Below are positions 21,299-33,218 of a stretch of 64,000 nt of DNA, piece by piece. How positions within the stretch are numbered: the first letter of the stretch is position 1; each line of letters opens with the position of its first letter. Location of the stretch: contig OZ374557.1 of assembly GCA_977862235.1 (NCBI GenBank), forward strand, positions 1,612,001 through 1,676,000, read 5' to 3'. The position numbers were made by a program, and so were the translations under genes. The notes beneath the pieces are model-generated. The model did no database searches. It saw only the letters and a list, made by a program, of their open reading frames with translations, and was not told where the DNA came from. This DNA comes from Dudresnaya verticillata (taxonomy: Eukaryota).

Positions 21299-21603
21299 GT
21301 CTGGACCCATGGTGGAATCAGTCCTGCTGGTCCCAATCTCCGATACGGACATGCGCAGCATTCTCATTGGCTGGCGCGCTACTCTACATTGTGCACAGAC
21401 TCACTAAAAATAAGGAATAAACACTACAAATGCTCCGCTACGGTTGGTACGCTCCACTGCTGCACAGCAATGCACGCCGTCACACAGGAATGCACACAAC
21501 ACCGATACGGGTAGGGTCGCCGGATCCGGACCCCTACGTGCAAACGTGGCGCAATTGTGTCCACGTGCGACCGGGTCCCATTCTAGGCAATGTCTATCAC
21601 ACA
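21299..21603 (-). repeat. Continuation of the older LTR split by the hAT (right end approximate)
   Basis: CTGGTCCC...CGGACATGC..GCATTCTCATTGGC aligns with the element B LTR at 9430-9500, continuing where 5631 stops. Confidence 0.65.
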
Positions 21604-22678
21604 AGTGTCCGCACACAGGTCACCTGATGATGTAGGCTAGGAGAGAGGCCGTTCAAGCTATGTGTGCTGCTCTCCTCTGTTTTAGCTCTTTCTTCTTAGT
21701 CGAATGTAAGTTCGGCGCAAGAAGTAGACATTACTGGGTCTATTTGGCAAACGACACTTGATCACTCGACCACTCGACCACCCCCACTCTCTTGACCAAT
21801 GACAAACGTTAATGTAGTGGTGGCAGTACTCCTGGTCAAGTGTGAAGGGTGGGCCCGCTTTACCACTTTACCATTTAACCTCTACCCGACATCTTTCCGG
21901 TACAGTGTCCGAAATTGGGGAAGCGAAAACAGATCACGTTCCGAATCGCAAATCTTGGGTCACGGTTTGAGCACGAGCCGGTGTGGCGTAGCAAGTGGGT
22001 GGGCATCATCGCTGACAGGGTGCAGTGGTGTTTAAACGATATTTCTGAAACGCTGCCACTTCTGGTAGAGTAGAGTGGTAGAGTGCGAATTCCCGACCCA
22101 CCCACTGCCAAGACAGCGAGCGTCTCAGTGGGCTGTATTCCCCGGAGCATACAGCACGTGCCCAATTGCATTTTCGTTCCATCCTCTTTGCTGTGGTGCC
22201 AGCACAAGGCCACCCTCACGGCATACTGCGTGCACGGCAAAACCATGAGATTGCTCTGTTGCCTACAATTGCGGGTCTCCCAATGATTAATGGCGCAACT
22301 GGGGCCTCTCTGTTCGACAGACCCTTTTGCGTTGCTTTCTTAGACTTTCAACCCAATTAGCCGCTAAACCCCTTGATCACGCAAGTCCACTTCTCATTTT
22401 CGTATCACATGCGCTCGATGCGCCCCACCACAGCTCCGCGATAGCACCGCGCAGCACATCTGCTGGCCTCTATTTGTTCGATTCAATTTTCGAGCCACTC
22501 GTTGTCCGTATACTTGTGCGTGAATGTGTCATCGCGTTGCAACAGGTTTGCACAGCCTCTCGTTCAGATTAGCGAAGTATATCAGACACTTGTGTAAAAG
22601 GAACCACCCTAGGAGCAGAGCCGCCGAATTTCGCTGACACAAGGTCGAGCACTACGATCACAACATTTTCAGTTCCTT

Positions 22679-25417
22679 ATGGATTCACCGCCACCTCTCT
22701 CTGTATGGGACCCGACGAAGCAACCTGGGCATTCATCACTGAAGAACACACCTGATGCAACCCCGGATTCGTCGCTGCGTGGAGGCCGCGTTTACATGGC
22801 TGCAGCGAATCCGTCCACACAAGTCCTAGAGCCGGATGGTAAAGGTGTTGCTTGGACCGAGTTTTCAGCAGCAATAGGAAAGGTTGCTGAGGCTCGGCAC
22901 ATGCTCCTTCCAAAGGCTCACCTCGCGACAGTGATCGATGACAGGGACAAAAACAGTCCAGACGAATGGATTCCAAGGCATCCCGACCTGGTCCGGCTTA
23001 CTGGTAGGCATCCTTTCAACTGCGAACCGCCAGTCGGTCAGATGCTGGACCAAGGGTTTGTAACGCCAGTTTCGCTACATTATGTGCGCAATCACGGGAA
23101 ATGCCCACGCATGGACTGGCACTCCCATAGGCTGGTTGTGAAGGGACTGGTTCAGAACGAAATGACTTTTTCTATGGATCAGCTGGTGCAACTCCCGTCC
23201 ATAACCCTGCCGGTCACGCTCGTTTGCGCGGGTAACCGTCGAAAGGAGGAGAACATGGTGAAACAAACGATAGGGTTTTCGTGGGGCTGCGCTGCACATG
23301 CTTGTAACATGTGGAAAGGTGTCCGTCTCAATCATTTGCTCGACTTGTGCGGCATCGATCGCGAGAAGGCTCGTCACGTCTGCTTTGTTGGCCCGGAGAA
23401 AGAAGGGCTGCCGAATGGGACTTACGGAACGTCTATTGATATTGCTACGGCTATGGATCCGTTTGGAGATGTTTTGATAGCCTATGAGCAAAATGGCATG
23501 AGGCTTGCACCAGACCATGGTTTCCCTCTCCGTGTGGTTATTCCAGGATGGATTGGGGGGAGAATGGTGAAATGGCTTGAGACAATAGAAGTCACAGACA
23601 AACCTTCGGAGAACTATTATCATTTTTTTGATAACAGGATTCTGCCTCCACACGTCAACGAACATCTGGCAAAGGAGGAAGGCTGGTGGTACAAACCAGA
23701 GTATCTATTTAACCAGTTGAACATTAATTCTGCCATTGTCTACCCGGCGAATGGGGAGACGATTACACTGACGGGTGCTGGCGTGTACACTCTGAAAGGT
23801 TATGCGTACTCCGGGGGTGGACGCAAGATCACTCGTGTTGAAGTATCGCTTGATGGAGGCATCAGTTGGCTTCTATGCAAACTGGACTACCCAGAGGAAA
23901 GATATTCGCATGCTCCGAAGTATGGAAAATACTATTGCTGGATGTTCTGGGAGTATACCATCGAAAAATTTATGTTTCTAAATGCGGCCACAGGTTCCGG
24001 TGAGGTGAGGTGCCGAGCATGGGATGAAGCAAATAACACTCAACCCAGAGATATCACATGGAATCTCATGGGCATGGGCAATAACTGCCATTTCACAGTG
24101 AAGGTTCAACCGCGTCAATCTGCAGGTGCTTTCGTCCTCGAGTTTCTGCATCCGACTGTGCCGGGCCCCGCCTCTGGTGGATGGATGCCGCCGCCGAAGC
24201 CTATTACGATTCCAGTAGCAGGTCCGGGCCCGAGCAAGTCCGAAAGTGCACCAGCTTTATCTTCAATGCTGAAAAGCTACACTATGGAAGAAGTGCAGCA
24301 GCACAACACGGAAGAATCAGCTTGGATTGTCGTCGACGGGCATGTTTATGACGCAACGCCATACTTGGAAGCACACCCTGGTGGTGCGGCATCTATCGTC
24401 ATGAACGCCGGTGGGGATGCTACTGAAGAATTCATGGCAATTCATTCGGACCAGGCTAAGACGATGCTTGAAGAATATTATATTGGAGAGCTCGCTGATG
24501 ACACTGAGGTTGACCAGATGGTCAAACCGAGTGGATCCATGCACCTTTCGAAGTCATCTGTCCAACTGATGAAGGATGAGCTACCAAATCAGTTGGTATC
24601 GGCTGTTGAGAAGGCGTCAAAATCTCTCGATTTGGTTGCTCTGAATCCAAAGAAGTGGACTGAGTTTGAACTGATTCAAAAGACAGAAGTTTCTCAGGAC
24701 ACCCGTTTGTTCAAGTTTAAGCTGCCTTCGGAACGCCATCGACTGGGGCTACCTGTAGGATATCACATGTTTACTCGGGCCATCATTGATGGCAAGTTAG
24801 TGATGCGTGCGTATACACCGGTTTCATCTGATGATGATCTGGGAACTTTTACGTTATGTGTGAAAGTGTATTTCGCGAATGTACACCCACGATTTCCGGA
24901 TGGAGGAAAAATGAGTCAACACATGGAAAGGATGCAAGTTGGTGATCGCCTGAAAGTGAAAGGGCCGCTTGGGCATTTTGAATACTCGGGCAAGGGCCAT
25001 TTCTTGTTGAAGGGAAAAGCAAGGAGAGCTGCGAAGCTAGGACTGATATGCGGTGGAACTGGTCTTACCCCGGCATACCAAATATTGAAGGCTGTATTCA
25101 AGGATCCGGAAGATGAGACAGATGTTTTCCTATTGTATGCCAATCAGACAAAGGATGACATACTATTAAGGGATGAGCTGGAAATGATGGCGGCCGAGCG
25201 AAGAAATATTCATGTATGGTTCACACTGGACAGAGCCCCGGAGAACTGGATGTTTAGCACTGGCTTCGTTGATGCAAACATGATCAGGGAGCATATCCCG
25301 GAGGCTAGTCCGTCTTCATTTGTAGGAATGTGCGGTCCACCTCCAATGATTACCTACGCCTGCATTCCGAACCTTAAGAAGGTAGGCTACACTGAGGAAA
25401 ACTTCGTGCAGTTCTAG
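22679..25417 (+). CDS. NIA: Assimilatory nitrate reductase (NADH), 912 aa, intronless
   Basis: RLTGRHPFNCEP, LHYVRNHG, TLVCAGNRRKE (Moco Cys), DHGFPLR, WNLMGMGNN; cytochrome b5 HPGG and EEFMAIHS; FAD domain RAYTP, GGKMSQ, GGTGLTP, CGPPPMI. Confidence 0.99.
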   Translation: MDSPPPLSVWDPTKQPGHSSLKNTPDATPDSSLRGGRVYMAAANPSTQVLEPDGKGVAWTEFSAAIGKVAEARHMLLPKAHLATVIDDRDKNSPDEWIPRHPDLVRLTGRHPFNCEPPVGQMLDQGFVTPVSLHYVRNHGKCPRMDWHSHRLVVKGLVQNEMTFSMDQLVQLPSITLPVTLVCAGNRRKEENMVKQTIGFSWGCAAHACNMWKGVRLNHLLDLCGIDREKARHVCFVGPEKEGLPNGTYGTSIDIATAMDPFGDVLIAYEQNGMRLAPDHGFPLRVVIPGWIGGRMVKWLETIEVTDKPSENYYHFFDNRILPPHVNEHLAKEEGWWYKPEYLFNQLNINSAIVYPANGETITLTGAGVYTLKGYAYSGGGRKITRVEVSLDGGISWLLCKLDYPEERYSHAPKYGKYYCWMFWEYTIEKFMFLNAATGSGEVRCRAWDEANNTQPRDITWNLMGMGNNCHFTVKVQPRQSAGAFVLEFLHPTVPGPASGGWMPPPKPITIPVAGPGPSKSESAPALSSMLKSYTMEEVQQHNTEESAWIVVDGHVYDATPYLEAHPGGAASIVMNAGGDATEEFMAIHSDQAKTMLEEYYIGELADDTEVDQMVKPSGSMHLSKSSVQLMKDELPNQLVSAVEKASKSLDLVALNPKKWTEFELIQKTEVSQDTRLFKFKLPSERHRLGLPVGYHMFTRAIIDGKLVMRAYTPVSSDDDLGTFTLCVKVYFANVHPRFPDGGKMSQHMERMQVGDRLKVKGPLGHFEYSGKGHFLLKGKARRAAKLGLICGGTGLTPAYQILKAVFKDPEDETDVFLLYANQTKDDILLRDELEMMAAERRNIHVWFTLDRAPENWMFSTGFVDANMIREHIPEASPSSFVGMCGPPPMITYACIPNLKKVGYTEENFVQF

Positions 25418-26535
25418 CACAAGGAATACTCCCTTTTTCTTGATCCGGCGCATCGAAAATCAATTCATCGTGCGAGGACTCCGGTTCGCGCGATCATGCA
25501 ACAATACACTCGGTGAGGCAGCAGTCCCTGGAGATCAACCCCTGGAGATAGTCCGTATGCCGCGTTGATCCCTCCACAGAATCAGTCGTTGGACAGTATG
25601 TGCATACAGTTTGGGTGTGTTGCCCACTCCTGGTCAAGCACGCGCACCATGAGGTTAGTCTTCGATTAACCGGTAGAGAATGCAGTAGATACAATACGGG
25701 AGTAAACTAGAAGAGGAGGTTTCTTGGAAGAGAGGGAAGGCTGACGTCCTTCTCTATCCAGCGAACTCACTACAGACATTCCTTGTTATAAGAATAATTA
25801 CGGGCGGACGGGTTCATATTCCTTTATCGCATTGGGGAATATATCGAGGAAGTGTTGGAACACTCTTTCAAAACACCGACTAAGTTGCTTTACTTGCTCA
25901 AGAATTGCTCTATCGTCGTCTGGGACATCTTCTGACTTCTGTGGCGCGTCAGAGACTACTGAACGCGGCTAACGTAACATCGGCTGATGAGGGGATGCCT
26001 TCAGAGTCATCAAGTAGCCCATTTCGCAACAGAGATACATTCAGCTTCTCTCCAATTGACATGTTTTGTAGCGATGCGTTGTTCTCATTAGCGCCTTCCT
26101 CAGTGTTTCAATAGTTCTCGCAGGATCTACTAAGGCAAATTCTGCCTCACAAGTTTACTGGGTGCTCTGCAGGACGCAATGCCACCATCAACATCAGGCC
26201 CCGAAGTCATATTCTTACTATCGAGGAATGTGGCCCTCATACGTGAGCTGTTTTGCGGGCCACGGCGGATGGCTTTCGGATTCTGTATTCCCATATCACA
26301 TATTCTTGAAGACCTCATATACTGGCTGATTTCAACGGAAGCGGGTCGGTGGACGAAAGACTTATTCCTTTACCGCGGATATTCCTTTATCGAAGCATTC
26401 TTATAACAAGGAATGACTGTACACACACCTCGATCCATGAGATCCTCAAATTTTGGTGCGCTATGCAGCACCGAACATGACGGCTGCTGTAAGCCTACAC
26501 TGCAGTATTTGAGAGGTGCACACCGACATCAAGTT

Positions 26536-29500
26536 TCACGTTCTGCCCTTTTGTCGCAGTCTGAGTCCAGCGAGAACGCCTCGTGGTCGCTTACGCTCAT
26601 CCTGCCCTGTTCCCGGTGATCCTTTCTTGCGCACCTCTTGATGCACTTCTAGACTCCTAGTGGGTCCAAGATTCACACCCTGGGCAGATGAGAGGCAGTC
26701 AATTGTCCACTGCACGGCATTCTGAAGACGTGCATTATTTCTGTCGCAGCAAGTGCTGCTATAAGTGCCGGAAGTGCGCCGCAGCGTTCAGCGTACTTTT
26801 TAGCCTCATGATCCCCTTTCGTGAGCTCAGCAACTGCGTCTGTTGCAATCTTCACAACACGAGAGTTCTCTGTCCTGGAAGAGAGTATTGTGAGTACCCT
26901 ATCTATAGCACCAACAAGTCGAAGCCGTTGTCGGGACCTTGCACCGAACGAAGCCAGAAACGTACACGCCTGGCATGCATACCACGACACTCTTGCCCCT
27001 TCTTCACCTGGGATCTCAGTCGAGTCTTGCATCAGAACGGCAATCCTTTCATAAATGCAAGACTTCAACATAGCATCCTCACACTCCATGTCGCGCCATC
27101 GGGCGATTTCCCGTACAAAGGTGCAGCACTGAACCAAAAAACCGGGCTCTCTGTTTCTCAGCATGATTTCAGTGAACGCCCCCAATCCCGAGCTCATAAT
27201 TACATTCCGTCGACCACCGTTGTAAAAAGCAAATGCTCGGAGAGCAAAGAGGACATCAGGTTCCAATCCAACGTCTGTAAACACATCAGCTGCTCTAGAC
27301 ACGGCATCTAGAGCGACAACATCAACCAGGTACTGTGCAGCTAGTTCATTGCCATCCGCTATTCGTTGGACAGCCTTCAGTGCAGCACGTGCAAGTTCAA
27401 CGTCCCGAAAACATACATTGTTTTGGGTAACGCCTTGTAGACAGCACCGGGACCTCCCAATGTGGCAACCGCTGACCGCGAAAGTTCGCAATACTCGGCA
27501 ACTGCAGCCAATGCATTGCAACCACACTTTTGCACGCCCACATCAGCTCTATGGTAACCAAGTACGTTTACAACAACAGAGGGAACACCCAAGGCCCTAA
27601 GCAGGTGCCCTACTCTATCGTCACATTGCTCTGCCAACGAAACAACGCAGTTGCAAAAATTGCAGCACAAAGTAGCATCAACCTCACCGAACAGCACTGC
27701 ACCTCGCAAAATTTCTTCTACTCCACCTTCCTCGCATAAATCGAAGTAAAACATTTCGTTCTTGAAATATGGCACCAGAATGCTTGTACCTGCAGAAGCG
27801 ACCGAAAGTGAGCTGTGATGATGTTTCATTTCCCTAAGGACAGCTGAGAAGTCTCCCGCAATGTTTGCCGCGGACATACTCTTGAGCGCCGCTTGCTCTG
27901 CCATATGGAAGACGCTTTTCGCTAACCGTTTTCCCTGGGATTCGTTCCGTTGCACAATAGGAGCACCCATGGCAGGCTTGTCTTGCAACACTGCATCCTG
28001 ATATGCCATAGCACTTCGTTCCGTTCGTGCGAGAAGGCGGGGCCTGGACCGCTTCCTCTTAGTCAACGAACTCGATGCTTCTGGAGACATCCGTTCAGCT
28101 ACGTTCGCCCCTGTTGGGATAGCGGTGCCCTCCTTGTTCTTGGCCTGCCTTGGTGATGAAGGCCCGTGAAACGTAGGACCATGATCTTCTTTCGTCACGC
28201 GCAAAACATTCTCAAACTGGTCGCGCACCAGGCGCACGCTGTCGTGCTTCATTTCGTGACGGACCTGACTCGCCTTACCATATCTCTCCTCGTCACTGAG
28301 GCTCTGCCATATCGCAATATGTGCGTGCGTCATCGAAAGGCCATCAAAGAGGTATCCGTCATTTCCCGTCGGACATTCTCTGGCCAGGACATCCTTTTGA
28401 GGACACAAAGCCTCGGTTCCTGTCAGGTCATCAGCTAGGCAATCCTGTCTCGTCAAATCTGGGCCCAGAGAAGCTGAAATCGACCGAACGCTGGCTGCGA
28501 CTTTGGCACCCATTGATCCAGCAGACTCATCTCGAATAGTGCGTGTACTACCGTTTGAAACATGTTCAGCAAGTTCAACTCTGTTTGGGTGGTATGACGA
28601 GTGCGGCTCGGGTGATGTCACTGGACTAACTTTCGGCTCCCGAACTATATCCCCAGTGCACCTGTGATCCGCAGTGGCACACTTCTCTTCCTTGCTGATG
28701 AACAGCAACGCATCATGTTCGTCTTGACCACCACGAGCGCTCTCCCGAGTGCTCGTAAGCCCGCCTGTTGAGCAGCTTACGTCGCCGCTTTTTATGCCTG
28801 CTAGGTCCGTTGATGACTCGCAAATCGCAATGGCAGTGGACGCAGTAGAATGGTTTGATGAAAGGCTGTGGACGAGATTCCCACTCAGATTGCCAAATTC
28901 TGCAAGGCCTGTTGGAGCGTTCCCATTTCCAGCGAGAGGCTCTCCGGAGGCCTCCATTATCGACCTCAATGGCGGTTGGCGCAAACGATCTCCTTCCCTG
29001 AAGAATTTCAATGCCAAGAACACATCATCTACATCAGGTCTGCTACAAGGCTCCTGCGCCCAACAGCGCTCGACGGTTGCAACAAGCGCATCCGGTAGCT
29101 TGCGGTAATAGTCATTATCCCCCGGGCAGGGCCATTCCGGTCGACGACCACACGTAACGTTCTCACAAATGTCCACAAGTTGGTGGCCCTTCCATGGAGT
29201 GCGGAGAGTAAGCATTTCATAGAGCACGTAGCCAAAGGAGTAAATATCAGATGCCTTAGAAATCTCAAAGTTCTCATATGGGTCAAGACCAGAAAAAACG
29301 TCCGGAGCCATGTAGTTGTACCTGCCGTGGGGTCGGCTTGACGCAGGAACGGTTGTATCCCCTAGCAGATTCTGTGCAACAGTTCTCGATAACCCAATGC
29401 CTGAAATGCGTGCCTCAGTGCTGCTGGGGAAGTATCCGGATTCGTCAACAGCTTGAGAAAGAAGGACATTCTCTGGCTTGACGTCTCCCCAGACACAGCC

Positions 29501-29962
29501 TGCGGTGTGTAGTGCACGCAGTCCACCACATGCCTGCAGGGCGATGTGAACAAGACTAGACAGCTGCATAGCAACTCTTGCCTTTCGGAGCTCGATGAGC
29601 GTATCAGCAAGCGAGCCGCCCTCCATGAGCTCCGAAAGTACGAGAGCAGCTGTAGCGTCCGGAAGCGTGGCAACGCCGAGAAACCGAACAATGCCAGGAT
29701 GCGAAACAGTCTCATGTCGATGGATGTCATGTGCGAACCGGAGCAACGCTTCTGTCCGTCGCAGTCGAATCTGAGGGTCAAAGGCGAGTGGAAGTGGAAG
29801 CCGTGGGAGTGGGACGTGCTTAACGGCGACGGGCTCGCCAAAGTAGAGAGCAAAATGTACAGTGCCGTGCAGCCCCACGCCGATGCGTGTGCGGGCCGAT
29901 ACTTCTAATTGTAAACGAGAGAGGTCGATTGCTGGAGTACACTTTCGGGCGAACATGTCCAT
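26536..29962 (-). pseudogene. TKL-like kinase domain plus linker and ARM-repeat C-terminus; two frameshifts (~27430, ~26745), atypical catalytic motifs
   Basis: GVGLHGTV, VAVK, HPGIVRFLG, WGDVKPENVLL, ISGIG (DFG position), YMAPD, SDIYSFG, RCWAQEP..RP. ARM-like helices continue across ORFs 27377-29962, 26673-27527 and a third frame ending at TGA 26536. Confidence 0.75.
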
Positions 29963-31669
29963 CCCAGTCGGTTTGTTGTAGTCGGGAAACGATGCTTATT
30001 AGTGCTCAGTTCCTGTCAAATCCAAGGGGCGATAAAGCTGGGCCTAGTTGCCAAAACAGCGCTCTTTGCAAAGTTCGAAGGCAGACTGATGAATCCTTGT
30101 CTCGGAAGTTGCCTACTGTACAGTACAGTGGGCGCGCGATAAGGGGATGTCCGGTAACAGAATATGCGCGCGGTAACTGGATCCAAATTCAGTCCACCAG
30201 AATGGTTCCTGCGATATCAGCCAGCGTATGAGGACATGCAGAATAATGGATAACTGCATGCCCTAAGAGTTTGCTATCATACTTGGCCCGGCCAGAACCC
30301 CTTTGTATGATGCAAAGAATTTGAAAGAATTTGCATTAAGTGAATATTGCCGGGAAATGTTCAGCACAAGCGGCAACCCCAACATGGAGTCAAGCAGGAC
30401 AATATTTTTCCCACCCAAACCGCCGGCGACGGATTGCGCCATCAAGCAGGCCACCGGCACCTTCTCGAGCAGGAAGACGTTGGCGATCAGCAGGTGAGCA
30501 TTCGGCTGCAGTCGTTGCAGCGCCAGTTGAGAAGGGCAGAAGCTGAGGGCCTTTCGCATACAGTCATCTCTCGATTAGTGAAACCCGTCATAACGGGAAC
30601 CCCCCTATTACAGAAACCGAAACGGGTCTCCGCACTTGGGAGAAGCGAAATTATATCAAAAAAACAACAGTAGTTCCACTTTCGATATCTGAAACCGACA
30701 TTTCACGCCCGAGGGGCACCACTACAACGTTCATATTGTAAAAAAACGACCGTTAAAGGCCTCCAGGCGATGATAACGACGGCGGTAGAGCTGAAATGTA
30801 GCCTTATTTAACAGAAACGCCTTTCACGGCAACGCTAGAGTAGACTAACTCCCAGACACTCTACCATGACGCTAATGACCCTCACAATTCTCCAGAAAAA
30901 AATATGCCAGCGAATTGCGGAGAGATATGGGGAGGACACGCCGCCCTTTAGACGTTGTATTGCGCAGACACAGCGGGCTGTCAAGGCGGAGTCATGCACA
31001 TCTGCCAGGCAGACTAGGATAGAGAACTACTTCCAGTAGATTTTTTAAGTACTGTGCGGTATGAGGGTTGTTTACTCTCTTCAGGTTGATATTAAAATGT
31101 TTTCTACCTTTTCCTAAGTGAAACCGGGGGAGTACCGTCGCACCCTGGGTGAGAGGGGTGAGACGTTCTGGCATCTGGTTGGTCCTCAGGGCCGGTCTCC
31201 ACCCCTCTGGCTGGGCCAACGGCGCATCGGTCCCCAACCTCCCAATTACTTGGCACCTCCTCATTGGCCCCCTTACCAGTCTCCTCCCTGCGCGCTAGGT
31301 CGGCCCTGGGCGTCGCGGACAGGGTGGCAAGTAACGTTACAGTGTGACAAAGGTGAATGACCGTTACGATTTTCAAATCGACATGTTTACCCGTACTGGG
31401 GCTGTCGATGGTGTCGAGATCATCGTCCTCATCATCGCCCATCGCCCCTCCCCATCATCGCCCATCGACTCTCCCCATCACTGCCCATCGCCCCTCACTC
31501 CTCTCAGGCATCGCAACGGTGTCCCACCCTCCCTCCAGCTGGCCGCTCGCTCCAGCTGGCCGCTTGTGCGGTACAGCTCGCTCCACCTGCTCAGCCCGCC
31601 GGCAACCACCCACTGACGTGCTGTTCGCAAGCCCCAGCCTCCCTGTAGCTCAGGTGCAGTGCAGGGCCG

Positions 31670-32574
31670 ATGGAGGGCAGAAGAGCTACGTGGCAGTCCG
31701 AAGCTCAATACGGACTTGAAACCCTTCGACGGGTCACTGAGGCTGGCTGCTTGAGGAGTCGGAATGACCGGCAGATCTTCCTGTCATATTATGACCTCAT
31801 CAAGAAGAAGGGGCTCCCAATGGATATGAATCATTGGTTAAGCCTAGTCTTCGACACCAAAATGCTTAGTACATTTCTAATGGAAGTATCACTACTCCAG
31901 TTCGAATTTGATGGTTCCTTGGCTATCCCGAGACAGGGATTTGCGATAGTGCTCCGCACGAAAGCCAGAACCGGGATTTCTTCGCTACATGAAGCCCTTT
32001 CAAGATTCTGCAGTGCTCTAGTTCGCGCCAATAGCACGCAAGACGCTCTTATTGTCATTCCAACATGCGATGGTACTCATTTGGGCGTTTTAATCGTACA
32101 GGTCAGCTTCAAGAATCAAATTTCATGTGAATCCACTGCACAATCGCATGGAAATGGCATCGTAATGTGGGGCGATGGATTAGGTTATTCACCCAGGCTT
32201 GGTGAGCAAAAGGTGCTGGTATCGTTTCTATATTGCTGCTTCGAAGGGAATTTCCGCGTGTCACATGAGAGGCATCGCCGCACAACTGGATCACGCATCG
32301 AAAAGAACTAGGTTACGCAACACAGGAAGATGGGTACAGCTGTGGATTCTATATCCTGGCCGCAATCTGTTCTTTGGCAATGAAGAACGGCAGAGGGAAC
32401 TTTTCCCACATTCAGGAAACGTTCTACAAGCCATATTACAGCGCGACAATCACGAAATCGATTCGAGACGCTTGTTTGCTCTCTGCATTTCAGGCTCTCA
32501 AGTCGGCAACGGGTCAATCGTCTAGTGGGGCTGAAGCACGGCCGGATGTGTATGCGGACAGGAACATGATGTAA
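31670..32574 (+). pseudogene. Ulp1/SENP-like (peptidase C48-type) cysteine protease inside the MULE, frameshifted near 32270-32310
   Basis: THLGVLIV (His), WGDGLG (Asp), then in the next frame from 32311 GYATQEDGYSCGFYILAAI (oxyanion Gln and catalytic Cys), in Ulp1 order. Confidence 0.7.
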
Positions 32575-33218
32575 TATATCCGCAGTACTTGGAAATGGCC
32601 CCGGAGGAATATTCTACCTCCCTCTACGAGACCCATTATTGTGGATAGCGGCAGTGAGAGGGGCACGGAAGAACGGAGCAAACCTGGCCAGAAGGAACGT
32701 AGCAGGTGGCAATCTCTGAATTCCGCCAAGGCGCGTGCGGCAGATCCACCCGAGCCCCCTTACCCTCTCCGGAAGAATCCTTCTCCTGCGGAGGAAACTA
32801 AGCATAATTCGCCCGCGGCAACGACGCCCGGCGCCAATGATTACATTGAGAAACGCACGTCGCGACATATCGACGCGCGCGTCGACGCGACGATATCATT
32901 TAGTGCGGGAACTGGAAAATCGCCACCGCGGATGTCTCATGACTGCATCCCCGGTAATAGTACGCTCCTGCGGCAAGTAAGCCCGGCACCAGGGCATACA
33001 TTGGAAACCTCTCCTGAAACAGCTCTGAAAGGGGTTTCAAAGGCCGTCTCCCGCAACACGCTGATGACCGGAACTCTCCATGATTTGAGAGCATTACTTA
33101 ACTCCTGGGACAGCGACCACGAGGACAAAACCGCGCCCGAGGCGCCCCACGCCGAATCCAGGCTTCGTCCCCCATTCCGCAGCAGTCGGCCCAGCTAGCC
33201 TCTAGCCTCCTCCCACCC

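Noticed and set aside
30200..31100. Short ORFs between the kinase gene and the MULE
   Set aside because: No recognisable motifs; cannot be supported as genes.
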